The translations under genes were made by a program, and so were the position numbers. Below, in pieces: positions 21,901 through 31,463 of a DNA stretch of 64,000 bases. The DNA comes from a virus (taxonomy: Duplodnaviria; Heunggongvirae; Uroviricota; Caudoviricetes). The stretch lies in IMG/VR virus record IMGVR_UViG_3300011008_000007. One strand, written 5' to 3'. Under the pieces are notes generated by a model that worked only from the letters and a program-made list of their open reading frames with translations, searched no databases and was not told the DNA's origin. Each line of letters opens with the position of its first letter. The stretch's first letter is position 1.

Positions 21901-24900
21901 TCGATTTTAGCATCTCTTTGAGCATCATGTAAATCTTTAAGGTCGTTGATATAAGTGCGAATATTACCGTGTAATTCAGTTAAGGCATCGCTGGCATCTT
22001 GTGCTTTGTCATACCAATCTTGATAAGAACTAATAACTTCTTGCATTCTATCGCCATATGAACTAATATCCATAGTACCATTGGCAACTTTTTTCTTAAT
22101 ACTCTTTGCTTGCTTCTTATTGATTATACCAAGAGAAACCGCTTTATTTAAAGTTTTATTTGCTTGTTTAGTATATTTTGAATATGCAGTTTTTTCATTT
22201 CCAGTTTGAACAGCGGTTGCACTTATTGCTTTTCTATAATTCTTTGTAGCAGAAGAATAATTATTATTATTTGTGGCATTTTCAGCCTTAGTAATATATC
22301 GGTCAATCCTATCAGTTTGACGTTCAAGTTTAATCTCAATCCAATCAAATAATTTATCGAACCAATTTTGGAATTTGGTTAATAGTTTATCCTCAGACGA
22401 ACTGCTTGAAGAACTACTCGATGAACTGCTTGAAGAACTACTCGAAGAACTACTCGATGAACTACTTGAAGAATTGTTAGACGTGTTAAAGCTGCCACTT
22501 CCTTTAGAACCACTAAAAGCATTACCCCAAACAAAAGATTGTCCTCTCTTTTTACCCGTGGTAATCTGTCCCGTTGATAGAAGTTGCTTAGATTGGTTGT
22601 GGTCAAAAATAATATCTCCACTTTTAACATCTATCATTTCGGCACTTTTTTCGCCGATAGTATAATAGTGTCCGTTGCGAGCTAAGATTTCAAATCCTTT
22701 TTCTCCAACTAAGGCTTTGCTGCTATACTTTCCGCTATATAAACCATCTGCGGCAGAAACTCCAAAATTAGAGGTCGTTGTCGTTTTCTTTGTATCTTTA
22801 ACTTTGCCTTTTTTGTCTAAGGTTATTTCAGTTGTAGTAACAGTAACGTTTTTCATTCCTGACGTATCGGTTTTATATTTAAACTTTGCCTCTACGTCGT
22901 GTTTTCCGTCTTTTACGTCTTTTTCAAAATTTGTTATTAAACCAAAAAACGGATTGTAAGAAACAAGTACGGTTTGCTGTTGAGGTTCTTCTTTTTTGGC
23001 TTCGCCATTCTCATCTTTATATCCAACATCAACCATAACCTTTGGCGTAATTGCTTCGATACTACCTTGTAATTGAGTAAGGTCATCTTCGGAAACAGTT
23101 ACACCGGATTTTATCTTTATTCCTTCTTTTCCGCTCTTTTTATCTCCTGTGATATTATCAATAGTGTTTTGAAACTCTTTTGTGTCAAGATTTAATTTTG
23201 CCTTTGTTTCTTCTGGGAGCTTTTTAATCTCCTCCGAACACTCTTTGATTTTTTGAACACTATCTGAGGTTTCGCTACCCGTTTTAACGGCAACCTCATA
23301 GTCGTTGATATATCCTTGGAGTTCTTGAAGTTTGGCAACAGCCTTAGCGCCATCGGATTCTGGGTCGTCAAAATCACTTTTTACATCAATATCCATAATG
23401 GCAGGCTGTTGAAGTTCTTGTTTCTTTCTAATTAGATTTGCCAAAACAATTTGAACTTGATTGGCGTCTTCATCATCTATTCCGACTTTGAAGTTACCAT
23501 TACCATCGTCCCAATTGTTTTTCTCCATTGTTTTTTGGACTTCGAGAATTTTATCTGCGATATTATCAGAATTTACATCCTCTAATTCATAATCTAATTT
23601 AAGAACTCCGCTTTTTTCTAATTTGCTTTTTGCACTTTCAAAAGAACTCTTTAAATCATCCTCAGACATTTCTGCTACGTCAATATCAACCTCAAAACCA
23701 TATTCGGTTAATTTTGAAAGCATATCTTCGACAAATTCAGTAGTGGTTCCCAATTGGTCAGCAAGGTCGTCTTTATCGGAAATATCAAATGAATAATTGC
23801 CATTCTTGTCTTTTGTGGCATATTTATTACCCTCAGAATCTTCCAGTTCTGTAAGCGCTTCTACGAAATTTTTAACGCCCTTTTCGTCTTCATCAAGGAA
23901 ATCTAAAATAGAATAGCTTGTACCTTTTATAGTATTTCCAAGATTTTCATAGGCAGAAGTAACCTCATCAACGCTTGCAGTAGACAAATCCTTGCCAGAA
24001 AGCAAATCAACATAAGTTCTAAATTCTTCCGTACCAACTAAACCTTTGTCATACAAGTCCTTGATGTCACTAAGTTTATCCCTAATATCATCATAAGTGT
24101 CGCCAGCTTCGCCATTATTTAAAGCATCTTGCCACGCTTGATATTTCGACGTTAAGGCTTCATATTGAGAAGCTAATTGCTCTGTATCTTGAATCTTTTG
24201 GGCAATTGCAGACCTTTCGCTTTCAAGCTGGGTTAATTTTGCAGTATTATTTCCGCAAGATTTAATCTCGTCTGTTAGTGAATTGTATTTATTTTGAAGT
24301 TTCGTAAGTTGTGTTGTAATTTCGCTCTTCTTACTGTTGTTATATTCGGATTGTAGCTTTTTAAACTCAGTTGTGTTTAAACGAATACCTTGCGCAGTAT
24401 GTTCAAACAGTTCAAATTGGTCATATTCGTCCAAATCGCCAAATAATTCTTTTACTTTTGAAATACTGTCGTCTGATAATCCAGTATCTCCAAATCCTTC
24501 AGAAATAATTGTATTTATTTCTTCCAGGTTATCTTTGACTCCGGACAAATCAAATTCAAAACTGTCTGTATCTGTTGCTTTAAATTCTTCAATTTTGGTT
24601 TTCAATTCATCCCAAGAAGTTATAGTATCATCGTCGATTTTTAGAATAGTAGAAATATCATCATAAGTCCAAGTCGATAATTTCTTTTTTGCGTCAGAAA
24701 CCGAAATCATACCGTTAGATAATGAGTTGATTCTATTATATACAGTATCTAAATTTTCTCCTTCCGCACCTATATCGCGGAATCCAGACATAATAGCGTC
24801 TTTTGTTTCTTTGGTTATTCCGTCAATACTATTTAATTCCGATGTTAATGCTTTATGATATTCTCTATATTTTTGTAAATCAATTTCTCCATTTTTGAAT

Positions 24901-26738
24901 AAGTCAAATGCTTCGGATAAATCAGTATATTTTGAAATATCAAACTGACTATTTTTAAAAATGGATATAATATTATTTTTAATATAGTCTTTGGCTGCGT
25001 TTGCATCTTCAAATTTTAAATTTGAATAATCGAGATTGTTTATAGCTTTTTGTACGATACCTTGAAACTCATCCGACAATGCAACATAAGAATCCTCTGT
25101 ATTCAACCACGCAAACAAGGTTTGAGTTAAAGAGCCCCAGTTTTGTTTGATTTCTCCCTTTTTGGTTGTTATTTGTTTTTCAATATCATTAACTTCTTCG
25201 TTAAAAACGTTTTCTATTTGCTGAAATCCTGCTCTCAATACTCTTGTTTGTTCGTCAGAAATTCCTCTTTCATCTCCGCCAATAAGAAATCTAAAACCTC
25301 CGCCAAATGAATATGATTCGCTTTCGTCTTGATACTCTATCCCTGCCGATTGAAGTAAATTTCCAATATATTCCTTGTAAGCCTTCACATATGCTTTCGC
25401 ATTATCGCGATTTTGACTATCGCTCAAATTATTATCAAACTTAAATCCCAAATCTTCGGCTGAATAATCTAAGTAATAAGAATCATATACTGTTTTACCA
25501 AATGCGGTTCCAGCTTTGGGCTTGGCTTGCAATTCATCAATAATTTGCTTTTGAATATCAATTTCTTTTCCGTTTTTGTCCGTGAAAGTAAGCCCGTTAG
25601 AAACAACTGTATCTACCATTAATTCATAAGTAGATTTGTTATTGATAAGTTCTTGCAACTCTTCTTGATATTTTTTGTCCTTTTCGAGCGCATCATTATA
25701 TACATCGTCTATGTTTTCGGCAATTTTTTGATTTGCAAGCTGTTGTTCTACCTCTAATAAATTCCTTAAAGAACTGGTAATGTCATTAACGTTTCCGTCT
25801 AATTTTACAATAGCGTTGCCGTTTTCATCATAAATAACTGGTAAATTAGAAAAATTATCCGCAAGTTCTTTGCTTATATCTAAAAACTCACTATACTCAT
25901 CTGCATTTAAACTTTTGTTTTTTCCTGTAAACGTATCAATGCCTTGGGATAACTCTGCAAATCGCTTACTTGAATTACTAATAACATCTTGCTGGGATTG
26001 TAATGCATCAGATACTTCTTGAATTTTCGACTTAGCCTCTTCTGCGGCTTCGGCAAGTTTTTCTGTTCTGTTAAGAACATTATCAAGAAATGTTGTAATA
26101 CCAGTCATAAGAAGTTGCACAATTAAACCAATTCCCATGCCGATTGCAGTATTTAAGGCAGTTGTGGCAACCTGTAATCCGATTGAGGCAACCTTCGAGG
26201 AAATAAGTGTGCCTATATAACCCCTCATTGAAGCATTGCCAGAATCAACATTCGACAAATATTTTCCAAGTATTCCGTTGGACTTGCCTGCGGCTTCTGC
26301 AAATTGTTCTTGGTTGAGAGATGTTGATTCTAAATCATTGTTATATGTGTTAATAAGAGAACGCACAGAACTAAAAGATTTATTTTGTGCAGCGGTTTGT
26401 ACGGTCATTGCGTCGCTTTTGACTACATAACCATTTACTGCTGCTTCCATTTCTTCAACATCCCTTGAAACCGCGTTTAAACTTAAAGCATATTCTTGCG
26501 CTTCTGCCGATGCTTCACGCATTGACATTTCAAAAGCCTCATTTGCTGGAACGCCTTGGTTAATCAATGATAAATAATTCTGTATGGAAGACATATCGGT
26601 GGTTAGGTCTTCAAAACCAGAAAACGTAATTCCTTGGCTCTCTTGGAAAATTGAGGTAATCTGACTTTTTAATGTTGAAAAAATAGACGAAATTTTTAAT
26701 TTGCTTTGTTCTGCTTCGTCTTCTATTGTTTTAAATAT
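18909..26738 (-). CDS. Tape measure protein, exon 2 (2609 aa)
   Basis: Long helical ORF. The ORF-track TTG start overlaps the intron-terminal G at 26739; joins in frame to exon 1. Confidence 0.85.
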   Translation of the reverse strand: MFKTIEDEAEQSKLKISSIFSTLKSQITSIFQESQGITFSGFEDLTTDMSSIQNYLSLINQGVPANEAFEMSMREASAEAQEYALSLNAVSRDVEEMEAAVNGYVVKSDAMTVQTAAQNKSFSSVRSLINTYNNDLESTSLNQEQFAEAAGKSNGILGKYLSNVDSGNASMRGYIGTLISSKVASIGLQVATTALNTAIGMGIGLIVQLLMTGITTFLDNVLNRTEKLAEAAEEAKSKIQEVSDALQSQQDVISNSSKRFAELSQGIDTFTGKNKSLNADEYSEFLDISKELADNFSNLPVIYDENGNAIVKLDGNVNDITSSLRNLLEVEQQLANQKIAENIDDVYNDALEKDKKYQEELQELINNKSTYELMVDTVVSNGLTFTDKNGKEIDIQKQIIDELQAKPKAGTAFGKTVYDSYYLDYSAEDLGFKFDNNLSDSQNRDNAKAYVKAYKEYIGNLLQSAGIEYQDESESYSFGGGFRFLIGGDERGISDEQTRVLRAGFQQIENVFNEEVNDIEKQITTKKGEIKQNWGSLTQTLFAWLNTEDSYVALSDEFQGIVQKAINNLDYSNLKFEDANAAKDYIKNNIISIFKNSQFDISKYTDLSEAFDLFKNGEIDLQKYREYHKALTSELNSIDGITKETKDAIMSGFRDIGAEGENLDTVYNRINSLSNGMISVSDAKKKLSTWTYDDISTILKIDDDTITSWDELKTKIEEFKATDTDSFEFDLSGVKDNLEEINTIISEGFGDTGLSDDSISKVKELFGDLDEYDQFELFEHTAQGIRLNTTEFKKLQSEYNNSKKSEITTQLTKLQNKYNSLTDEIKSCGNNTAKLTQLESERSAIAQKIQDTEQLASQYEALTSKYQAWQDALNNGEAGDTYDDIRDKLSDIKDLYDKGLVGTEEFRTYVDLLSGKDLSTASVDEVTSAYENLGNTIKGTSYSILDFLDEDEKGVKNFVEALTELEDSEGNKYATKDKNGNYSFDISDKDDLADQLGTTTEFVEDMLSKLTEYGFEVDIDVAEMSEDDLKSSFESAKSKLEKSGVLKLDYELEDVNSDNIADKILEVQKTMEKNNWDDGNGNFKVGIDDEDANQVQIVLANLIRKKQELQQPAIMDIDVKSDFDDPESDGAKAVAKLQELQGYINDYEVAVKTGSETSDSVQKIKECSEEIKKLPEETKAKLNLDTKEFQNTIDNITGDKKSGKEGIKIKSGVTVSEDDLTQLQGSIEAITPKVMVDVGYKDENGEAKKEEPQQQTVLVSYNPFFGLITNFEKDVKDGKHDVEAKFKYKTDTSGMKNVTVTTTEITLDKKGKVKDTKKTTTTSNFGVSAADGLYSGKYSSKALVGEKGFEILARNGHYYTIGEKSAEMIDVKSGDIIFDHNQSKQLLSTGQITTGKKRGQSFVWGNAFSGSKGSGSFNTSNNSSSSSSSSSSSSSSSSSSSSSSSSSSEDKLLTKFQNWFDKLFDWIEIKLERQTDRIDRYITKAENATNNNNYSSATKNYRKAISATAVQTGNEKTAYSKYTKQANKTLNKAVSLGIINKKQAKSIKKKVANGTMDISSYGDRMQEVISSYQDWYDKAQDASDALTELHGNIRTYINDLKDLHDAQRDAKIDKVSTYQSIGTSGYTSTSGSFYGAANSQLSYSNSAIDKENSAYSTATSQAQSDRDSLGRTAKSNINKQLKKKNLKKIKNKKKRKKYKKALQNARNAIKKKKPISNSDLNTIRSVNQSVYTRLYAYNLSLENVETARLEQATEYAANSAEKLENIATKYGNKDTATSNTQELNRQKADNAKNAKEANQYLEKVASGYDTILSDDQKEINEFKKDKNKNRNKIIANNMANKAHRGKNYGNLSKSQKKTVDKYIDKAQKAAKANTIIPANVIAKLAEYYSKGYITYKFYKACVDYNNALEHLREAEAQKAIDEQTAKAEKAAIGAEMVSNVEKEYENKRNENKAKTTKIETAQKLATTRGLTLTATDYQTLIAQSVIDQQLYEQEAQAVYDQIQKNLASGYWTTDSQEYKDAMEAYWGYQNSAEECRISQEEWNNAIAMLPIDTLEKGLELLDAFKNRLEALVDLQQKLGQDEGSAVYREELAVAQRKAIAARREAEEAHNNMVLAQGSSDGVYGGKTIAQWRALEEGYLADEYKYLAEVKDISNSLVEYYLNPFEKAIVGIERFQKIVDGLGDLISDDMLFDKDGQLTEYGIARAATEVQNYENARNSISEYEKELEKLNELRNKNLLNNAEFNEQHQVLLEQLHSGAITYDEYLDGYRALGELYNTSILTAEEYAEKVADLQDKILSGAKDMKSAVDEIVSMYKEMAQTELDNLFELIDARNDALQAKKDYYEYDKSIREKNKNIQELQSELAALEGINSAAAKAKKAQLLSDLAEAQEELDETVQDHLLEISEDSLSDLKDTLQEAFDDNWKEISQDIDSLMEVFSSGQSLVADSVNGVNETLIQLLTHLGIGTNTASSLVLGHNASGTRSVPRNMYSWINERGQELITSNKGTITPLAKGDGVIPATLTGRLIALAQGDMSEIIKAPETNIPKLNVDNLGTVTQYYDNLINIEGSADAATVEDLKKLGKDLLEQSYRNTSKKMYQGIRKAGGKRQI

Positions 26739-26765
26739 CAAACTATAAAACTATCTAAAAAACTA

Positions 26766-26794
26766 TTGACAAATATAATAAACAATGATATAAT
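26766..26794 (+). promoter_or_regulatory. sigma70/sigmaA promoter of the intron cargo gene
   Basis: TTGACA-17 nt-TATAAT, with TG near the -10 box. Confidence 0.85.
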
Positions 26795-26821
26795 ATAATA
26801 AATCAAAAAGGAGTTGTGTTT

Positions 26822-27280
26822 ATGGGATTACATTACTATTATTGTCCAAATTGCGCTAAAGTAGATATTAGACCGTGGAAACAATGTGCAAACTGTGGAA
26901 CAAATATACCACCTATAAAGTCAAAAATGGAAATGTATTTTTATATGAATAAAGCACAGGAGATATATGGTGATAGCAATCATTGGTATGATTGCCTATT
27001 GTCAGAAGTAAAAAAGCATCCTTGTTTTAATGAAGATGCACCTTATTCACAAGTTGCAAAAGAAATAACCAGTAATTACAAAAAGCATTACGAAAAAATT
27101 GCCGAAAGGGCAATAAATAAGGTTAATCAAGCAAATGCACCAAAATGTCCAACCTGCAAATCGACAAATATAAGAAAACTATCTGCCGTAAATCGCGCGG
27201 CACACGGTTATGCCTTTGGATTGTTTAGTAAAACTGCAAGGTCGCAATTCTGTTGTAATAACTGTGGATATAAGTGGTAA
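26822..27280 (+). CDS. Zinc-ribbon protein (four CxxC pairs), antisense inside the intron
   Basis: CPNC..CANC at the N-terminus; CPTC...CNNC at the C-terminus. RBS AAGGAG 8 nt before ATG 26822 (track start 26816). Confidence 0.85.
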   Translation: MGLHYYYCPNCAKVDIRPWKQCANCGTNIPPIKSKMEMYFYMNKAQEIYGDSNHWYDCLLSEVKKHPCFNEDAPYSQVAKEITSNYKKHYEKIAERAINKVNQANAPKCPTCKSTNIRKLSAVNRAAHGYAFGLFSKTARSQFCCNNCGYKW

Positions 27281-27288
27281 TATGTTTT

Positions 27289-27322
27289 AGGTAAATGTTT
27301 CGACATTTACCTTTATTTTTTT
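27289..27322 (+). terminator. Intrinsic terminator of the cargo gene
   Basis: AGGTAAATGT-TTCG-ACATTTACCT followed by a T-rich run on the plus strand only. Confidence 0.85.
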
Positions 27323-27647
27323 GTCAATAGTTTTAAATATTATTATATAAAATAGTTCCGAGCGCATATTATCGTGACATAGTTGCATATAATCACGACC
27401 ACCTGTTGTCGCTACTGTGAGGGCTTGTCTATGTAAGACCTATCCCTGCGAACCAACGGAGCGCAACATTTTTACGACCCTAAATTGTCGCCAAAGTAGG
27501 GGAGTAGTTACGTTGTACCGTTTTCCTCGCATATTGAGGCTTCGTTTAAACGAATGTATCTCATTCGCCGCAATATCTAAACTGTCTATATCTAAACAGA
27601 ACTGTTATTGCTATCGGCATATTTATGAGGACAAACATTTTAGTCCT

Positions 27648-29912
27648 ACCGATGTTTTTAAATGAAAGAGCACCCATTGCAACGCTTATCAATGTTGGCA
27701 ATGTTCCAAAAGTATTGTTTACTCCTTCAAATATTTGCAACAATCCGCTTCCCATATCAATGAGAGTCTTTACACCCTCTGAATCAACAAGAGAAGTTGA
27801 ATAAGATTCCCAAGACGCTTGTAATTGGTTTAAGTGTCCTTGAATACTATTCATGTATTTTGCTTGTTCATTTGCAGCGGTTCCAGTTGCATCCGTTGCG
27901 GCTTGTGTTGCTTTTTCAACTTGGTCAAAATTGTTAATTACAGCCGCAACAGCATTAGCATTTCGCTTTCCGCTTATACTTTCAAGTAAATCGGCTTGTG
28001 CGGTGTCGCTCAAATCATCATATACTTCGGAAATTTCTTTTAAAATTTGATATGTACTTTTGAAATCTCCGCTATCTTCAAAAATATTTACTTTTCCGTT
28101 AGTAAGGTTAAGAATATGGGTTTGCATTTGAGAAACCGACTCAACGTTTTCGTCAACTTCTTCTCCTAATTCTTCTAACTCGCCCTTCATGCCGCGCAAA
28201 CGCAAACTTGTGGTGTTAAGCACGGTTCCAGCTTTCTCGGCATTTTGAATAACCTCAATCATACCAGTTGCCAAACCCGTAGATTCCTGAATGGAGTTAT
28301 TGGCTTCTGATAAAGCAGAAGCAGAACGTTCCATTGCGGCACCTACATCTGCGGCACTCAAAGCAAATTCATTACCTAATTTGTCATAAATATCACTTAA
28401 ATAAGAAACAGCTTCCGTTGTATTACCTTGATAAACCTCATCTAATTGTTCTTGGAAGCCTTTATATGCGGTAATTAAGTTTTTGGTAGCTGTATCTGTA
28501 TCAAGGTCTGTAACGTGTTGATATTGGGTTGTGATTTCTGCCAAGCCCTCAGCGGTGTCGGTATCAAATCCAAGTTTTACCCAGCCTGTAGTTAAATCTA
28601 CAATATCTTTGAGTGTGGCTCCGTATTCTTTTGCAGAATCCTTCATTTGATTGAAGAGGTCTGTATAGCCACTTTTTGTTAAATTTGTTACACGATATAA
28701 GCCGGTCATTGCCGTATCAATATTTACAACATTTTGATACATTTCTTTCATTGCCGCAACTGCACGATATATCAATTGCGCCGAAGAAATATATTTAGAT
28801 ACTGTTGTAAATGATTGTTTGAATACTGTACCTAAACTTTGACCAGTCTTACCCAACGAAGTCGCTTGGGCTTTAATCGAATTAAATTCGTTTTCAACTT
28901 GTTTAAACTGACCGACAGTTGCGTTTCCAGAGGAATTTAGCTGAGTTAGCTTATCTCTTAACGACTGTATTGCCGAACCAAAATCTTTACTTGCTTTAGA
29001 GTTTTTAGACATCCAAGTGGAAATCTGATTATCTAAATTCGTTATTTGAAGCGAACTAACAAAAGTTTTAGATTCAGCCGATATAGTAGATAAATTACTT
29101 TTGACTCTTGAAAGAGTTGAATCCCACTTATCATATGCGGCAACTAATTCATCTCCGCTTGCCGAACTAATAGTAGCCTGCAAACTGTTTAGGGTGTTTA
29201 AGTCCTGTTGAACAACTGCTAATTTGCTATGACCAGTTGTGCCAAGTCTTTCATATTGAGCTGTAACCTGAGCAATTGAGGCGGTCATTTTTTCTGGAGC
29301 GCCCTGTAAGTTCATTGCTTGGCTCAACGAAGTCGAATATCTTTTTGCCGCCGCTTCACCTGCATCAAATGTTTGAGTCAAAGTATTACCTTGGCTAATC
29401 AACTTTCCTGTTTCCGTTTCAATTTCTCTAAAAGTAGTTACAATATTACCAGACTTATCTAACCCTTGAATATCAAAACGAATAGTATTTCCTTTTTCTC
29501 TGGAGGTAATACGTTTTATAGCAATATCTAAGTTTTCTAAATCTTTTGTTACATTGCTTATCGAGCTTTTATCAACTCCAATTTTTGATAGGCTCGTTCT
29601 TAATTCATCTATAGTATTTGCGGTAATTTTTACTTGTCCTTTTATTCCTGAGATACCCGATTGAAAACCTTTTGCAAAACTACTTGCCGCACTCGACCCC
29701 GCAGATTGCATATCTCCCGACATTTTAACGGGATTGATATTTATATCGAATTTATGCTTGCTCAGTTCAGACTGTATTTCGTTAATTAAAGCCGCCGTTT
29801 CTGCTTTGAAATTTGAAATTTTGTATTGTTTATCTTGTATTTCTTGTACTTGCTGCAAAAATTTCGCTGTATTTAATTCAGCTTGAAACAGCGCACTAAA
29901 ATTGTCTGCCAT
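27648..29912 (-). CDS. Tape measure protein, exon 1 (755 aa; TP901-type core)
   Basis: Core motifs VVNIDTAMTGLYRV...AEKAGTVLNTTSLRLRG. The last 28 codons of the track ORF are intron read-through. Confidence 0.85.
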
Positions 29913-29928
29913 ATTTACCTCCTTTCAT

Positions 29929-29953
29929 AAAAAACACCCACTAATAATGGGTG
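29929..29953 (-). terminator. Intrinsic terminator between recombinase and tape measure
   Basis: CACCCA-7nt-TGGGTG followed by TTTTTT on the minus strand. Confidence 0.55.
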
Positions 29954-29963
29954 AAAACTAAAA

Positions 29964-31010
29964 TTATAAATCCTCTAATCCTTTTTGTTCAACTTTCTTT
30001 ATTCCCTCTGCTCCAAAGTATTTATCAAAAGAATCTTCTGCATCGAGGTCTGAATAAACGTCAACAAGTGAAACATCAGACCACCCGAATATGTCTTTGA
30101 TTACATTTGCAGGAATACCAGCCTCTACATATCTTGTGGTTGCCCTATGTCTGCATAAATGCGGGAACCAAGGCTTACCTGCCAATTTAGTGAAAGTTCG
30201 AGCATATGAATCCATTGTGCTTGTGTTCATTGGTTCATCTATCCATTTTCCGTCCTTATACATAGGGAAGAGCCAATCACTTGTAATGCCCAATCTTTCT
30301 CTTTCTTCTATCCACATATCTAAATATGGCTGAAATGGCTTTGCTAAAGTGTAGCAATAAAGAAGTTTACCTCTCTGCCCGCGACCTTTGGTTTTAATTT
30401 TTTCAGGAGTCTTATATAATGCCCCTTCACAAATTAAGTTTTCTTTATCAAAATAAGAAACCTTAAAGCGCGGAATTTCGGCTTTTCTTCTTCCACCATA
30501 TATCATCAATGCCAAAACGCAGGCTTTCATATAATGTTTTCGCTCAACCAATTTCCCCAATAAATCTTCCAATTCTTCATCGGTAAAGACTGGTTGTTCT
30601 CTAACAGCCTCGTTGACTGGATTTTCTATCTTATCCCATATTTTTTGATAATTTGGATATTCATCGTCAAGGATTTTTACGATAAAATTCTCCATACTTC
30701 GCATAACAGATTTAACAAATCTCATTCTTCTCGGCGACCAACCCCATTCATTCAATGCGGTATTTTGAAATTTAGATACTTCACGTTTTTTCATTTCAAC
30801 AAAACTTTTATTCTTGTTATGGTCTAAATTCCAACACCAAAGAATATGGAGCGCCGCACGATATTGATTTATTGTGCTTGGAGCTCTATCAATTGAAACC
30901 AAATGTTCCAAAAAATCATCTTCGAGTTCAAGACTCTCTTCGTTGGCTTGTGCCAATTTATCCTCAGAAGTTAAATCATTATAAACAGTTGAACGTCCTT
31001 GTTTAGCCAT
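29964..31010 (-). CDS. Tyrosine recombinase
   Basis: Catalytic set: R in GGRRKAEI, HLCRH, FGWS...VYS. Probable start ATG at 31010. Confidence 0.9.
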   Translation of the reverse strand: MAKQGRSTVYNDLTSEDKLAQANEESLELEDDFLEHLVSIDRAPSTINQYRAALHILWCWNLDHNKNKSFVEMKKREVSKFQNTALNEWGWSPRRMRFVKSVMRSMENFIVKILDDEYPNYQKIWDKIENPVNEAVREQPVFTDEELEDLLGKLVERKHYMKACVLALMIYGGRRKAEIPRFKVSYFDKENLICEGALYKTPEKIKTKGRGQRGKLLYCYTLAKPFQPYLDMWIEERERLGITSDWLFPMYKDGKWIDEPMNTSTMDSYARTFTKLAGKPWFPHLCRHRATTRYVEAGIPANVIKDIFGWSDVSLVDVYSDLDAEDSFDKYFGAEGIKKVEQKGLEDL

Positions 31011-31031
31011 TTTGTCACTTCCTTTCAACAG

Positions 31032-31463
31032 CTATTTAAAGACATTTCCCATTGTTTCAATATAATCTTCCTTCATCTTTTCTTTGGCTCGCTCCCAATA
31101 GCCTTGTTTACCAACAGTTTTGCGTAAATATCCCGAATTTTTACTGTTTGTAATTCCATAGTTGGTTAAATTCAGTATGTCTTCCATAGTTGGGCTTTTA
31201 CCCGTTGTGTACTGATGGCTATCATCTAATTTCATTTCTAACTCAATCGTATTTCCCTTTTCCGTAATGCCGCCGATTTGCGGAGTGTCGCCTAATGCGC
31301 CAGTTCTCTCATACACCTTTGGTTCACCGCCGGTATAAAAGTCGCCGGTTTCCTCATATAAATCGGCAAGCATTTTTTGTGAAGCCGCATTGGTTGCGTT
31401 TTTAATCCTTTGCTTCATAAGGCGCTCCAGTTGCGCCATATTTGTTATTTTCATTAATATCAC
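31032..31463 (-). CDS. Putative tail component / hypothetical
   Basis: 143-aa ORF with a Y.RTG.L motif seen in neck/tail proteins. Confidence 0.45.
   Translation of the reverse strand: MILMKITNMAQLERLMKQRIKNATNAASQKMLADLYEETGDFYTGGEPKVYERTGALGDTPQIGGITEKGNTIELEMKLDDSHQYTTGKSPTMEDILNLTNYGITNSKNSGYLRKTVGKQGYWERAKEKMKEDYIETMGNVFK

Larger units (their letters stand above)
26739..27647 (-). mobile_element. Group I intron (909 nt) in the tape measure gene, carrying an antisense cargo gene
   Basis: 5' exon AUCGGU pairs with IGS GCCGAU (terminal U.G). 3' exon AUAUUU pairs with the adjacent AAAUAU (P10). Terminal G. P4 UGCGAG/UUCGCA, P6 AGGG/CCCU, P8 UCGUGA/UCACGA. In-frame junction KNIG|IFKT. Confidence 0.85.

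Noticed and set aside
22375-22665. Plus-strand ORF with LLEE repeats
   Set aside because: Antisense reading of the poly-Ser repeat
4191-26430. Many 60-120-aa ORFs overlapping the long tail genes
   Set aside because: Alternative-frame or antisense shadows without RBS or recognisable motifs
26739-27647. Tape measure as two separate genes, a frameshift or an assembly error
   Set aside because: The precise IGS pairing to both exons, U.G and terminal G, and the in-frame junction fit splicing better; the downstream ORF has only a TTG start without a clear RBS
27417-27665. 82-aa plus-strand ORF
   Set aside because: Lies antisense over the intron core; no RBS; composition not protein-like
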